A stretch of 64,000 nucleotides of DNA from Candidatus Dormiibacterota bacterium (GCA_963709585.1 CAVPXI010000014.1:160001-224000), one strand, 5' to 3'. Shown: positions 18,563-28,431, counted from the stretch's first letter. Made by a program: numbers and translations. Notes: generated by a model from the sequence alone, not told the origin.

Positions 18563-19588
18563 ATGCGCGTGGGCATCTGGGTGATGGCAACAGGGCTCGT
18601 CGCTGCGGCCATGTTGCTCCGAGGCGGCCGACTCGTCCGGGCGGCTACCACCACCGGACCGCCCTTTCTCACCCTGGCAGTAGTTATCGCGGCGGGGCTC
18701 GCGCTGGACCGTGCCGGGGTCTTCCGGTTCCTCGCCCGGTTGGTCGTTCCCACCTCTGCCACCGACTGGCTGGCAGCAGTTGGGGTACTCGGGTTGACCG
18801 CCGTACTCAGCGGCGTCGTCAACCTCGACGTCGCTGTGGTGGTCGCGGTACCGGTGGCCCTAACGGTAGCCCGGGAGCGGCACCTCAATGCAGGCCGCTT
18901 CGCTATCGCCGCCGCGCTGACGGCCAACGCCACCTCCTTCCTCTTGCCCACGTCCAACCTCACCACCTTGCTCGTCCTGGGTCATGCTCCGCTAACCGCA
19001 TCTACGTACGCCGGCCAGAGCTGGCTGGCCTGGCTACTGGTCACGGCGCTGACCGTTGGCGCTCTCTCAGTACTGGTGAATCGCGGCGGGCAGCGGCCGA
19101 AATCATCGGCGAAGGGCGCGCGTCTCGAGCCATCTGCTCCCAGCCAGGCGTCGACATCGGCGGACGGCCTGCTCACCTACGCGACAACTACCCGACGCAG
19201 CGCCACATTGGCGCTGCTTGATCTGCTGCCCATGTATGCCGGCGCCTCGGCGATCCGAGCACTTCTGGACGGCGGCGTGACCCTGCACGCCGGGCTACTC
19301 GGCGACGTCGGAATAACGAGCGTCTTCGCCGCCAGCGCCAACAACCTGCCTGCCGCGGCCGCCATCCTAGTCACCGGTAGTCTCTCTCGCTGGGCGACAG
19401 TGCTTGCACTGGCAATCGGCCCAAATCTGCTGCTCACCGGCTCGGTGGCGAGCTTGATCGCGCGGCGCATCGCTCGGGATCACGGCACTGACTTCGGTGC
19501 CGTCAGTTTCAGCTTGCTCGGAGCCGCACTGCTTCCCTTCCAACTCCTCCTTGGCGTCGCCGGGCTGCACCTCATGGGGGCAGTCTGA
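18563..19588 (+). CDS. ArsB/NhaD/SLC13-type ion transporter
   Basis: VNLDVAVV, ANATSFLLPTSNLTTL, ANNLPAA, IGPNLLLTGSVASL; start uncertain (18446-18563). Confidence 0.8.
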   Translation: MRVGIWVMATGLVAAAMLLRGGRLVRAATTTGPPFLTLAVVIAAGLALDRAGVFRFLARLVVPTSATDWLAAVGVLGLTAVLSGVVNLDVAVVVAVPVALTVARERHLNAGRFAIAAALTANATSFLLPTSNLTTLLVLGHAPLTASTYAGQSWLAWLLVTALTVGALSVLVNRGGQRPKSSAKGARLEPSAPSQASTSADGLLTYATTTRRSATLALLDLLPMYAGASAIRALLDGGVTLHAGLLGDVGITSVFAASANNLPAAAAILVTGSLSRWATVLALAIGPNLLLTGSVASLIARRIARDHGTDFGAVSFSLLGAALLPFQLLLGVAGLHLMGAV

Positions 19589-19737
19589 CTGCGACTACAC
19601 GCCATTGAGAGGGTTGAAGGCTCAGGTGTTGACGGCGTTGTCGAGTCGCAACACGCGGGCACGTAGCTCACGGCTCGACACCTAGGACGTGTTCCACTAC
19701 CCGTGGCAACGCAATTGGTGACTGGTGCGACCCATGA

Positions 19738-20066
19738 CGTTGGGTCTGCGTTGGGTTCAGACACCGTTGAGACGTCCGTCTCGCCCGGTGTGGTGAGTAG
19801 GAGGCCGGCAGATATCCCTGATCTCATAAAGGAACGCGGAGCGAGAGGGATTCGAACCCTCGTGGCGGGTTACCCCACCAACCGCGTTTCCAGGTCTCGG
19901 GAGCGCGGTGCAAAGCCGTGCGCCGAAGGGCACCCCGTATTCAGAATCCCGTCGCTGAAAGCACCACGATGCAGGCGAAGGCACCCGCATTGGGACTCCG
20001 TTGGGCCTGGATTTGCGGGCTCAGCGGCACGCTGTGCGGCGACCAAGTACGTCAGGTGACAAGACG
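19738..20066 (-). mobile_element. att-like junction 4 (best preserved): tRNA-Ser(GGA) 3' half (19836-19893) with both arms
   Basis: Minus strand CTGGAAA-CGCGG-TTGGTGGGGTAACCCGCCAC-GAGGGTTCGAATCCCTC-TCGCTCCG; CGTTGGG-type repeats at 19738/19749 and 19988/19999. Confidence 0.88.
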
Positions 20067-20208
20067 CTGGTGTGACCAAGGCTGATCGCACAGGTCGATG
20101 TGGTCGTTAGCGACGAGCACCGTAGTTGTGCCCGAGCGTCGACGACGCGCACTCTGAGCGCAGGGCGCCTGGGGTTGCGTCAGAGGGGGACGCTAGCGAG
20201 GAGATCGA

Positions 20209-20871
20209 ATGCCCACCGTGACGGGTCGCGCATACGATGAGCCTGTGGACGAAGTCTCTCCACCACCGGCGAAGGTCGCCTTCGACAAAATGCTGAGCGG
20301 CATCTTTCTCGTCGTCACACTCCCCGTGTCGCTGGTAATCGCCGCCGCCATCGCCATCGAGAGTGCCGTGTGCCCATCGCACCGCGGTGGAGTGTTTCAT
20401 TCTGAGTTCAGGGTGTCAGCAGGGCCCTTCAGGCTCTACAAGTTCCGCATCCTGACTCCTGCCGGCGAACAGGAAATCAAGGCAGGAGCGATGCCCAAGC
20501 ATGTTGAGAACACCCCCAGCAATCTCACCGTAGTCGGTGCGGCGCTGAAGAAGATTGGGTTGGATGAATTGCCTCAATTCCTCAATGTCATAACGGGAAA
20601 GATGAGCCTTGTTGGGCCGCGACCCAAGCCGCCTGCAGAGTACAAAGAGGAGATCGAACTTGGCCATGAGTTCCGCGCCCAGCTTCAGGCAGGCCTGACG
20701 GGTCCGGCACAAGTGTTGAAAGGTACCGTTCGCACCGGCGATGACTCGCTTCGCGCCGACCTGGAGTACGCGGATCTGTTGCGCAAGGGATCACAACTGC
20801 AGATCCTCGCGTACGATGCAAAGACGCTCCTGAAGACCGTGCGCGTGCTATTCAGGGCCTCCGGCGAGTAG
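20209..20871 (+). CDS. Bacterial sugar transferase (phosphoglycosyl transferase family)
   Basis: FRLYKFR, LDELPQFLNVITGKMSLVGPRP, GLTGPAQV, DLEY. Confidence 0.85.
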   Translation: MPTVTGRAYDEPVDEVSPPPAKVAFDKMLSGIFLVVTLPVSLVIAAAIAIESAVCPSHRGGVFHSEFRVSAGPFRLYKFRILTPAGEQEIKAGAMPKHVENTPSNLTVVGAALKKIGLDELPQFLNVITGKMSLVGPRPKPPAEYKEEIELGHEFRAQLQAGLTGPAQVLKGTVRTGDDSLRADLEYADLLRKGSQLQILAYDAKTLLKTVRVLFRASGE

Positions 20872-21301
20872 GCGACCGCATGCCCCGTAAGCTGCGCACC
20901 TCCTGACGCAAGCCCGCCGTTTGGATGGGAACATAGCCCGCAATGCGCGGGGCGAGCTTTGTACAGACGTTCGTGATCGACAAGAGCAGCTCGGCCAAAG
21001 GCGCCAAGGGCCGGTGCACAATCGCCGCTCTCAAGCCGATTGGGTCAGCAGGAGTTGCCTGATGATCACGCCACTTGTGTCCGACTGGCGGACTCGAGTG
21101 ACCCAGCGCACCGAACACCCTTGGGGTCGGCCCAAACAGTGGATCGTCGCCATGGACGAAAGCTCGAGCGCGCGCGAGGCTCGCGTGCGTGAGGAGCTTG
21201 AGATCAAGCTGAGGCATCATTCTCAGCCCTGTCGAAGTCCGACAACACGCGTATGGCCCTTGGCGTACTCCCTCGCTGAGGGCACCGTCGCGGGGGTCTG
21301 G

Positions 21302-21616
21302 CTAGCCGGATACGGGTTCTGGTAGCTCAGCTACCCATGGCTCGAGCAGGCGTCCAAAGTTGACCGTCCAGCCCACGCCGAAGACTGTCGGAACCACGAC
21401 GCGACGATCTGCTGGGTTCCAAAGTCGCTCGCGAACCCGTCCTGGGGTTGGCGGACGGAGGTCGTAGGGGATCCGACCGGCGATGCGGCCGTGCCATGTC
21501 CGCTCCTCTGGTGGCTTGCGCAGCTCGATGGCCACAGCGGCGCCGATCAGGGTCAGGCCTACTCCGACGCCCAGCCATCGCGACCTGGACCTTTGTCTGT
21601 GTCGGCGTTCACTCAT
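21302..21616 (-). CDS. DUF5808-like small membrane protein
   Basis: PYDLRPPT...WNPADRRVVVPTVFGVGWTVNFG; GGAGG RBS before ATG 21616. Confidence 0.75.
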   Translation of the reverse strand: MSERRHRQRSRSRWLGVGVGLTLIGAAVAIELRKPPEERTWHGRIAGRIPYDLRPPTPGRVRERLWNPADRRVVVPTVFGVGWTVNFGRLLEPWVAELPEPVSG

Positions 21617-21953
21617 GGGGATATCCTCCGTCACCTGCGAGGCTACCACCACCAGAGGGATCAACACATTGGCCCGTGGCCGGTTTTTCATGAAGGCAGC
21701 GGGGTCCGCTCTGACCTGATCGCCAGCAATCCCGCATCGCGCGTCCGCGCTTCTCGCGTCGACAAAGCTCCGGGTGCTTTTCTCACTCCCAGCGAAGCGT
21801 GTCGTTTGGTGGACCTGCTCCACTGAGACCGCGCGCGTCCGCCCTTAGTCGTCGCCATCAGGTGCGATGCGACGGCCCTGCTCTTCTCTGTTGCCGGGCG
21901 ATTGACCCCGACGGAACAGGGAACACTCGCTACTAACGAAGGCTCAAACGACG

Positions 21954-22212
21954 ATGCGCCGGATTACCACTATCACTGGCCCGGATGGGCAGGTCACCAC
22001 GGTAGTCACCCGCAGCTCCGGGTGCGGCTGCCTGACCATCCTCGCCGCCATCGTCGTCTTTCGTCGTCCCAGCGGGGTTCGGAGCCTGGGCCGTGCCCGC
22101 CTACTGCCTCCTCGGCGTCCTCGTCGTCGCCGGCGCGCTGAGCGCGCTCATTCGCAGGCGTGGGCCGCAGCCGCCGCCTGCACCCGCACCGCCTCCTCCA
22201 CGCGCGACCTAA
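21954..22212 (+). CDS. Small membrane protein with Pro-rich tail (frameshift near 22060)
   Basis: SGCGCLTILAAIVV joined after a 1-bp shift to VVPAGFGAWAVPAYCLLGVLVVAGALSALIRRRGPQPPPAPAPPPP. Confidence 0.55.
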
Positions 22213-22377
22213 CTAGGTCGCTGTCGTCTGGCGAAAGCGCCGCGGGTGATTAATCCTTCCTGGTGCGCAGCAGGCAGAACTCGTTGCCAGGCTGCCTGCC
22301 AGCATGGAAGCGGTCGTGTTCGGACCCGACAGAGGCGCGTGACATGCCCGCCTGCCCGAATGTCACATGTCGGGCGG

Positions 22378-23670
22378 TCAGCCGTCTCGGAACAACCCGC
22401 GCCGCAGCGCCGCTGCCGTCAACTCGTCCTGAAAACGTGGTGCTGCGAGGGCAATGAGAGCATGAGCGCGATGGGCCAAGTCCATTCCGTGGAGGTCGAT
22501 GCGACCGTGTTCGGTGGCGACCCAGTGCACGTGTGCACGGGAAGTTGTCACGCCAGCACCGTCCGCAAGCGTGGGGACGATCCGCGAGAGCTGGCCGCCG
22601 CGTGCAGTTGACAACAGGGCAATCACCGGACGGCCACCACGTGACAGCGCCGCTCCCCGCATGAAGTCCATCTGCCCACCCACGCCGCTATACATGCGTG
22701 CGCCGATTGATTCCGCGCAGACCTGCCCGGTCAGATCGATCTGCAGTGCGGAGTTGATCGCCACCATGTTGTCGAGACGAAGGATGGTCCGTGTGTCGTT
22801 GGTGTACTCGAAGGAGCGCATCTCCAGCATCGGGTTGTCGTTCGCGAAATCGTAGAGGCGTCGGCTGCCATTGAGGAACGCCACGACGAGCTTGCCTCGG
22901 TTGATGGTCTTGCGACTGCCGGTGATCACACCCGCGCTAACCAACTCGAGCACGCCGTCCGACACCACCTCGCTATGCACTCCAAGCTCGCGACGGTCGC
23001 CGAGCAGTCCCAGGACGGCGTTGGGGATCGCGCCAATCCCAAGCTGGAGTGTGGCCCCGTCCTCAATCAGCTCTGCGACATTTCGACCGACGGCAAGATG
23101 CTCCGCAGTGATCACAGGCGCGGAGGCTTCGGGCAGCGGTTCGTCCACCTCGATCACAGCGTCGAAGTCGTTGAGGTGGATAAACGAATCGCCGTGCGTT
23201 CGCGGCATCCTTGGGTTGATCTGGGCGATGCGCAGTCGCGCCGCGCGCGCGGCCGCGAGCGTGCAGTCCACCGAGACACCCAGAGAGCAGTAGCCGTGCA
23301 GGTCCGGAGGCGAGACATGGAGGAGCGCCACATCTAGCGGCAGTCTGCCCGTGCTGAACAGGCGAGGCACGTCTGAGAGGAACACGGGCAGGTACGTCGC
23401 CGCCCCGGTCGCCACCGCATCGCGCGTGGTCGAATCGACGAACAGAACGCAACGACGGATGTTCGGAGCCGCGGCCGAGGCCGCCCTGGCGACGTCACCA
23501 TTGACGTGGAGATGGATCAGCTCCACGTCATGAAGTTCCGACCTGCGGTCCAGGAGGGCGCCGAGGAGCGCGCCTGGCACAGCGCTGCCGGCGTGGAGGT
23601 AGACACGGTCTCCGCTCTTGATCAGTCGGACGGCCTCTCGGGCCGACGTTGCCTGCTTGGGCGCCGTCAT
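22378..23670 (-). CDS. Acetyl-CoA hydrolase/transferase family (4-hydroxybutyrate CoA-transferase-like)
   Basis: VSPPDLHGYCSLGVS, DGATLQLGIGAIP, HSE, INSALQIDLTGQV, SGVGGQMDF, VATEHG. Confidence 0.92.
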   Translation of the reverse strand: MTAPKQATSAREAVRLIKSGDRVYLHAGSAVPGALLGALLDRRSELHDVELIHLHVNGDVARAASAAAPNIRRCVLFVDSTTRDAVATGAATYLPVFLSDVPRLFSTGRLPLDVALLHVSPPDLHGYCSLGVSVDCTLAAARAARLRIAQINPRMPRTHGDSFIHLNDFDAVIEVDEPLPEASAPVITAEHLAVGRNVAELIEDGATLQLGIGAIPNAVLGLLGDRRELGVHSEVVSDGVLELVSAGVITGSRKTINRGKLVVAFLNGSRRLYDFANDNPMLEMRSFEYTNDTRTILRLDNMVAINSALQIDLTGQVCAESIGARMYSGVGGQMDFMRGAALSRGGRPVIALLSTARGGQLSRIVPTLADGAGVTTSRAHVHWVATEHGRIDLHGMDLAHRAHALIALAAPRFQDELTAAALRRGLFRDG

Positions 23671-23966
23671 ATGCTGATTGGTTCGGCGGTGCCGAGCATG
23701 CTCTCCTCACTGATGGGTCGGGGGCCTCCACCAATGCCCGTGCTGAGGCTCGCCCGACCGTCATAACAATCTCAGCAACACCCCGGAGATCGGCGACGGT
23801 TAGCCGGAGACCAGTCGAGCTCTTGCGAGGAGTCAGTGGTGGCGCTGCGGGCCACAAGACGCTTGTCTGAGCGACGCGGCTTTCCTGCTAGATCTTTCTG
23901 AGCTGGCGATTCGAACCCAAGAAGCGCAAGTGTTGGTGGATCGCTGGAGACCAGAGCAAGTTTGGT

Positions 23967-23995
23967 TTGACAACCTAGCATCTGCTTGGTATACT
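23967..23995 (+). promoter_or_regulatory. Near-consensus sigma70 promoter
   Basis: TTGACA-N17-TATACT upstream of the 95-aa gene. Confidence 0.75.
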
Positions 23996-24053
23996 TAGCG
24001 CAGCCTCTCAAGTAGGACCCCCAACGGGACCCGGAGGTGACGAGGAAACAGTC

Positions 24054-24341
24054 ATGACCGACCACGCCGACAAGACCCGCACCGCCAATGCCGCACTGGC
24101 AGAAGGCCTCCAGCAGACAACGGAGATCAAGCTCGCGGCCACCGAGGTCCTCAAGGGCATCACCTCCGTCCTGGTTCCACTGACCGTGTTCATGCTTCCC
24201 AACTCTGAGAAGCTCATCCCGGCCATCGACACCGTCGTGGATCGCAACTTCGACATCGTCACCAAGTTCGTCGAGTGGCAGTACGAGTTTGGGGTCGCCG
24301 TCCTCAATCAGCTGGGGTCCTTCGCGCCCACCTCCAACTGA
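24054..24341 (+). CDS. Small amphipathic helical protein (phasin-like?)
   Basis: GGAGG/GAGGA RBS, strong promoter, helical VVDRNFDIVTKFVEWQYEFGVAVLNQL. Confidence 0.65.
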   Translation: MTDHADKTRTANAALAEGLQQTTEIKLAATEVLKGITSVLVPLTVFMLPNSEKLIPAIDTVVDRNFDIVTKFVEWQYEFGVAVLNQLGSFAPTSN

Positions 24342-24395
24342 TTCCGGCAGGAGCGCGCAGCGCGACGCTGCGCGCTCCTGACCACAACGCTTGAG

Positions 24396-25109
24396 TTGAG
24401 CATGATGAGCGTCCCATGCGCACCGTCCAGGAACTTTCTCCTTCAGGCACTGCCCCCCCTGGAACGGGATGCGTTGTTTGCCCATCTTCGCCCGACTGCT
24501 CTGTCCGTAAAGACGGTGCTCTTCGAGCCTGGGGAAGCGATCGAGTCGGTCCACTTTCCGCTCGACGGCGTCATTTCCCTGGTCACTCCATCCGCCGGCG
24601 GCAGCGTCGAGGTGGCGACCATTGGGAATGAGGGGATTGTCGGGGTGCCTCTCATCCCCGCCGGAGTTAGCTGCGTCCGGGCCGTATCGCCGGTGGGTGC
24701 TCAGACGCTGCAGATGGGCGCCGCGACATTCCTAGCCGAAATTGAGCGCTTGGACGCCTTCCGCCGGCTCGTCGAACGCTACCTGCTCGCACTCTTCGCG
24801 CAGATCTCTCAATTGGCCGCGTGTAATCGCCTCCACGCCACCGAGCAACGGCTCTGCCGTTGGCTGCTCATGACCCATGATCGGGTCGCAACGGACACGT
24901 TCCCGGTCACCCAAGACGTCCTCGGGCAGATGCTCGGCTCTCGGCGTGGGACCGTCACTCTCTCGGCCCAACTCCTCCAAGCGGCGGGTCTGATCGCATA
25001 TCACCGAGGGCGCGTCACCATCGTCGATCGAGAGGGTCTCGAATCCGCTTGCTGCGAGTGCTACGCGACCCTGAAGCATCGGCTGGATCGCGTGCTCGCC
25101 CCCGGATAG
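24396..25109 (+). CDS. Crp/Fnr family regulator
   Basis: VHFPLDGVISL, EVATIGNEGIVG, ACNRLH..EQRLCRWLL, TQDVLGQMLGSRRGTVT HTH. Confidence 0.92.
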   Translation: MSMMSVPCAPSRNFLLQALPPLERDALFAHLRPTALSVKTVLFEPGEAIESVHFPLDGVISLVTPSAGGSVEVATIGNEGIVGVPLIPAGVSCVRAVSPVGAQTLQMGAATFLAEIERLDAFRRLVERYLLALFAQISQLAACNRLHATEQRLCRWLLMTHDRVATDTFPVTQDVLGQMLGSRRGTVTLSAQLLQAAGLIAYHRGRVTIVDREGLESACCECYATLKHRLDRVLAPG

Positions 25110-25443
25110 TGCGCGCACTTGCCTGTCTTCGGGTCATATCAGCAGGCGGTAAGCGGATCCAGGAAGCCAGACTCCTTGCCCCAATAAAGAGACAGACGGC
25201 GGTCGAGAGCGATTTGCGACGCTGAACCCGCCACACTCGTAGCCAGGCGAGTGCGTGGCAACGCTGATCAGGCCGAACGGGTGGCTCCGCGGTTGCAGTT
25301 GCGGGTTCGCTCCGGCGGCTTTGGCAGACGCCGGGAGAAATCGGGCGTAGGATCGTAGGTGGAAGTGGGGAGTCGCTCTCGCGCGCCGGCGCGCCGCGCG
25401 AGAGCGACCCATTGTCAGCGCCGTTACAGGTAGGGCAACCAGC

Positions 25444-26622
25444 GTGGAAGAGGCCGTCATTGTCAGCGCCGTCCGGACACCGGTAGGCACCCTGGGGGGC
25501 ATATTCGTCGAGGTTCCGGCGACGACGCTCGGTGCCATCGTGGTGGAAGAGGCCATCCGTCGCGCCGGCATCGACGTCGACCAGGTCGAGGAAATCCTCA
25601 TGGGGAACGTGCTACAGGCAGGGCTCGGCCAGAACCCGGCGCGGCAGGCGGCGCTCGGAGCCCATCTGTCGACCGCTGTCCCAGCCATGACCGTCAACAA
25701 GGTGTGCGGCTCTGGACTGAAGACGGTGGCATTAGCCGCTCAGGCGATCCGCCTCGGCGATGCCGAGTGCATGGTGGCGGGTGGCATGGAGAACATGTCG
25801 CGCGCGCCATACCTGATGGACGGCGGGCGCTACGGCTATCGCCTCGGCCACGGGCAGCTGGTGGACGTGATCATCCGCGACGGACTCTGGTGCGCCTTCA
25901 CCGACTGCCATATGGGCATTACCGCAGAGAACGTGGCCAAAGAATGGGAGGTGAGCCGGGCCGATCAGGATGGCTTTGCGGTGGCCTCGCAACGAAAGGC
26001 TGGCGACGCGATCAAAGCGGGCCGATTCAAGGACGAGATCGTTCCCGTCCCGGTGGCGCGCCGCAAGGAGACCGTTCTGGTCGACACAGATGAGCACCCG
26101 CGTCCCGCCACCACTCTGGACCTCCTGTCGGGCCTGCGCTCTGCCTTCACAAAGGACGGTAGCGTCACGGCCGGTAACGCAAGCGGTATCAACGACGGCG
26201 CAGCTGCCGTGGTGGTGATGAGCGCATCACGCGCCAAGGCCCAGGGCCTGACTCCGCTGGCCCGAATCCGCAGCTACGCCAGCGCCGGGGTGGAGCCTCG
26301 CATCATGGGGATCGGGCCGATACCGGCGGCGCGGAAGGCCATGGACAAGGCCGGCGTCGGTGTCCGTGACATCGACCTCTTCGAGTTGAACGAGGCCTTC
26401 GCCGCTCAGTCGGTGGCGGTGTGTCGGGAGCTGGCCGTCCCTGAGGACAGAGTCAACGTCAACGGCGGCGCCATTGCGCTGGGCCATCCGATCGGTGCCA
26501 GCGGAACACGCATTCTCACCACGCTCCTGTACGAGATGGCTCGCCGCGACGTGGAGCTGGGCATTGCCGCTATGTGCATCGGCGGTGGCCAGGGCATCGC
26601 CATGGTGGTCAACCGCGTCTAG
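25444..26622 (+). CDS. Acetyl-CoA C-acetyltransferase (thiolase)
   Basis: NKVCGSG, GNASGINDGAAA, ELNEAFA, GGAIALGHPIGASG, MCIGGGQG. Confidence 0.95.
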   Translation: MEEAVIVSAVRTPVGTLGGIFVEVPATTLGAIVVEEAIRRAGIDVDQVEEILMGNVLQAGLGQNPARQAALGAHLSTAVPAMTVNKVCGSGLKTVALAAQAIRLGDAECMVAGGMENMSRAPYLMDGGRYGYRLGHGQLVDVIIRDGLWCAFTDCHMGITAENVAKEWEVSRADQDGFAVASQRKAGDAIKAGRFKDEIVPVPVARRKETVLVDTDEHPRPATTLDLLSGLRSAFTKDGSVTAGNASGINDGAAAVVVMSASRAKAQGLTPLARIRSYASAGVEPRIMGIGPIPAARKAMDKAGVGVRDIDLFELNEAFAAQSVAVCRELAVPEDRVNVNGGAIALGHPIGASGTRILTTLLYEMARRDVELGIAAMCIGGGQGIAMVVNRV

Positions 26623-26839
26623 CACCTCCTCGAGCGGTGACGAACGCGGAGTGCCGGCGTCGCTGGCGTGACGGACGGCGCCGCACGCGGCGAGGGCCGA
26701 ACTCTGGAAGCGCCGCAAACTGCGAGACCTTCGGCGCCAGTCACGTGACCAACGGCCCTGGTCCGGTCAGGGCCACAAGCGTTTTACTGGGATCCGTCCA
26801 AGCCGGGACGAAGCCAACTGATTCGCGAGGAGTCGCCCC

Positions 26840-27778
26840 ATGAAAGCTGCCGTCGTGCACCGGTTCAAGCCGGCACTCATCGTCGAGGAGCGACCGATCC
26901 TAACCCCGTTGGTCGTCGAAGCCGCCCTCGGCCCTCAGGCGGCCGGACTCCCCAATACGAGTATTCGTGCCACCGAATGCGACTGGCCGATGGAGCGAGC
27001 ATTACCATTTGTCCGCGGAGACAGGCCACGGCTGAATCTGCTGCTCCTCGGGGCGCCGGCCAGTGGTAAGGGGACGCAGGCGGACCTTTTAGCCGCGCGC
27101 CTCGACATTCCCGCGATCGCGACGGGGAACATCCTGCGCGCCGAGCTCGCCGAGCGGACCGAGCTGGGGCTGCGCGTCCAGGCCTACATGCAGCGCGGCG
27201 ACCTGGTTCCGGACGCGCTGATGATCGACATCATCAGGAAGCGCCTGCGGGGGAGCGACCGCCGGGACGGCTTCCTACTCGACGGCTTCCCCCGCACCGT
27301 GCCCCAAGCCCGAGCGCTCGACGCGCTGGCGGCGTCGATGGCGACTGGCTTCGACCGCGTCCTATACCTGAACGTGCCCGAGGCTGAGCTGATCCGGCGC
27401 ATCACGACCAGGCTGACCTGCCCGGGCTGCGGACGAAGCTACGGGTTCGAGGCTGACCAGCCCCGACCGTTGGGCTGCGAGGCGGACGGCAGGGACCTCA
27501 TCGTGCGCGAGGACGACCGGCCGGAGACCGCCCAGCGCCGTATTGCGGTCTACCTGGAGAAGACGTTGCCGGTGCTCGATCACTACCGCAAGCAAGGGCT
27601 GGTCGCGGAGATCGAAGGCATCGGCTCAGTCGAGGAGGTCTCCCGGCGCATGCTGCGCGCGCTTCCCGCTCGGCCGGTGGCACAGCGTGTGCTGGGTTTG
27701 GTTGGACGTTCTCGAGGGCAGACCTCAGCGGCACGAGCGCTGGATGGCCAAACCAAACCACACGCCGGTTATCGATGA
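26840..27778 (+). CDS. adk: Adenylate kinase with a degenerate alcohol-dehydrogenase-like N-terminal extension
   Basis: GAPASGKGTQA, GDLVPD, GFLLDGFPRT, LID CPGC..C..D, REDD; first ~60 aa resemble a Zn-ADH N-terminus. Confidence 0.85.
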   Translation: MKAAVVHRFKPALIVEERPILTPLVVEAALGPQAAGLPNTSIRATECDWPMERALPFVRGDRPRLNLLLLGAPASGKGTQADLLAARLDIPAIATGNILRAELAERTELGLRVQAYMQRGDLVPDALMIDIIRKRLRGSDRRDGFLLDGFPRTVPQARALDALAASMATGFDRVLYLNVPEAELIRRITTRLTCPGCGRSYGFEADQPRPLGCEADGRDLIVREDDRPETAQRRIAVYLEKTLPVLDHYRKQGLVAEIEGIGSVEEVSRRMLRALPARPVAQRVLGLVGRSRGQTSAARALDGQTKPHAGYR

Positions 27779-28089
27779 GGTGTACGACGGTCCGCAGGTG
27801 CTCCAGGTCGAGGGCGAGACCCGCGACGAGGCGAAGCTACGCTGGGCGATCGCGAATTGAGCTGAACTCGAAGCCCACCAACCGGAAGCGGGGGCGCATG
27901 GAGAAGGTCGGCACCTCTTGAGCTTGAACTCGCAGTCAGCCACTCTCCAACGTCTACATCAACGTCTGCATCCGCGACAAACACGAGAACATCGGGGAAC
28001 ACGTGGAGACAACTAGTTGGCGAGGCACCGACGTCTCGCCCCATAACCGAAGGGCTGCGGGCTCACGTCAGCAGCCGGAGGGTGATCCA

Positions 28090-28431
28090 ATGGAGCGACA
28101 GATCATCGAATACGAGGATCGCTCGACCGGCGAGCTGCTGAGCAAGGCGTTTGTCGCGAGATGGCTGATCGAACCGGACGAGCATTACCGCTCAGTGCAC
28201 GAGGGTGATGACCTACGCAGCGGGACTCAGGTGGTGGGCGGCACTACGTTCGCCGTCGCCGAGACCGCCAATGGGCAGATGGTGATCTGGAGCGACGCGC
28301 ACAGGTCCAGATCGACATACGACGTCTACGACGGCTTCGATGAGGCCGAGTCCGCGGGCGTCCCTGGTGATGTCGTCGCCATCGCTTCCGATCGAGCCGG
28401 CATCGAGCGCGCTGGACTGCTCGACATTTAG
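28090..28431 (+). CDS. Hypothetical protein resembling the C-terminal part of EXLDI proteins
   Basis: GGAGG RBS; FAVAETANGQMVIW, DVYDGFDE..GVPGDVV, terminal LLDI. Confidence 0.65.
   Translation: MERQIIEYEDRSTGELLSKAFVARWLIEPDEHYRSVHEGDDLRSGTQVVGGTTFAVAETANGQMVIWSDAHRSRSTYDVYDGFDEAESAGVPGDVVAIASDRAGIERAGLLDI

Noticed and set aside
19836-19930. Calling the tRNA-like repeats intact tRNA-Ser genes
   Set aside because: No 5' acceptor strand, D-arm or 5' anticodon stem; non-tRNA arm sequence begins right at the anticodon loop in every copy.
20921-21325. Possible hypothetical CDS between the sugar transferase and DUF5808 genes
   Set aside because: No recognisable motif or clear start signal, and a competing ORF lies on the other strand.
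23900-23918. GATTCGAACCC as a sixth tRNA fragment
   Set aside because: Only an 11-bp match with a weak acceptor region and no arm repeats or phased GCA motifs; could be chance.
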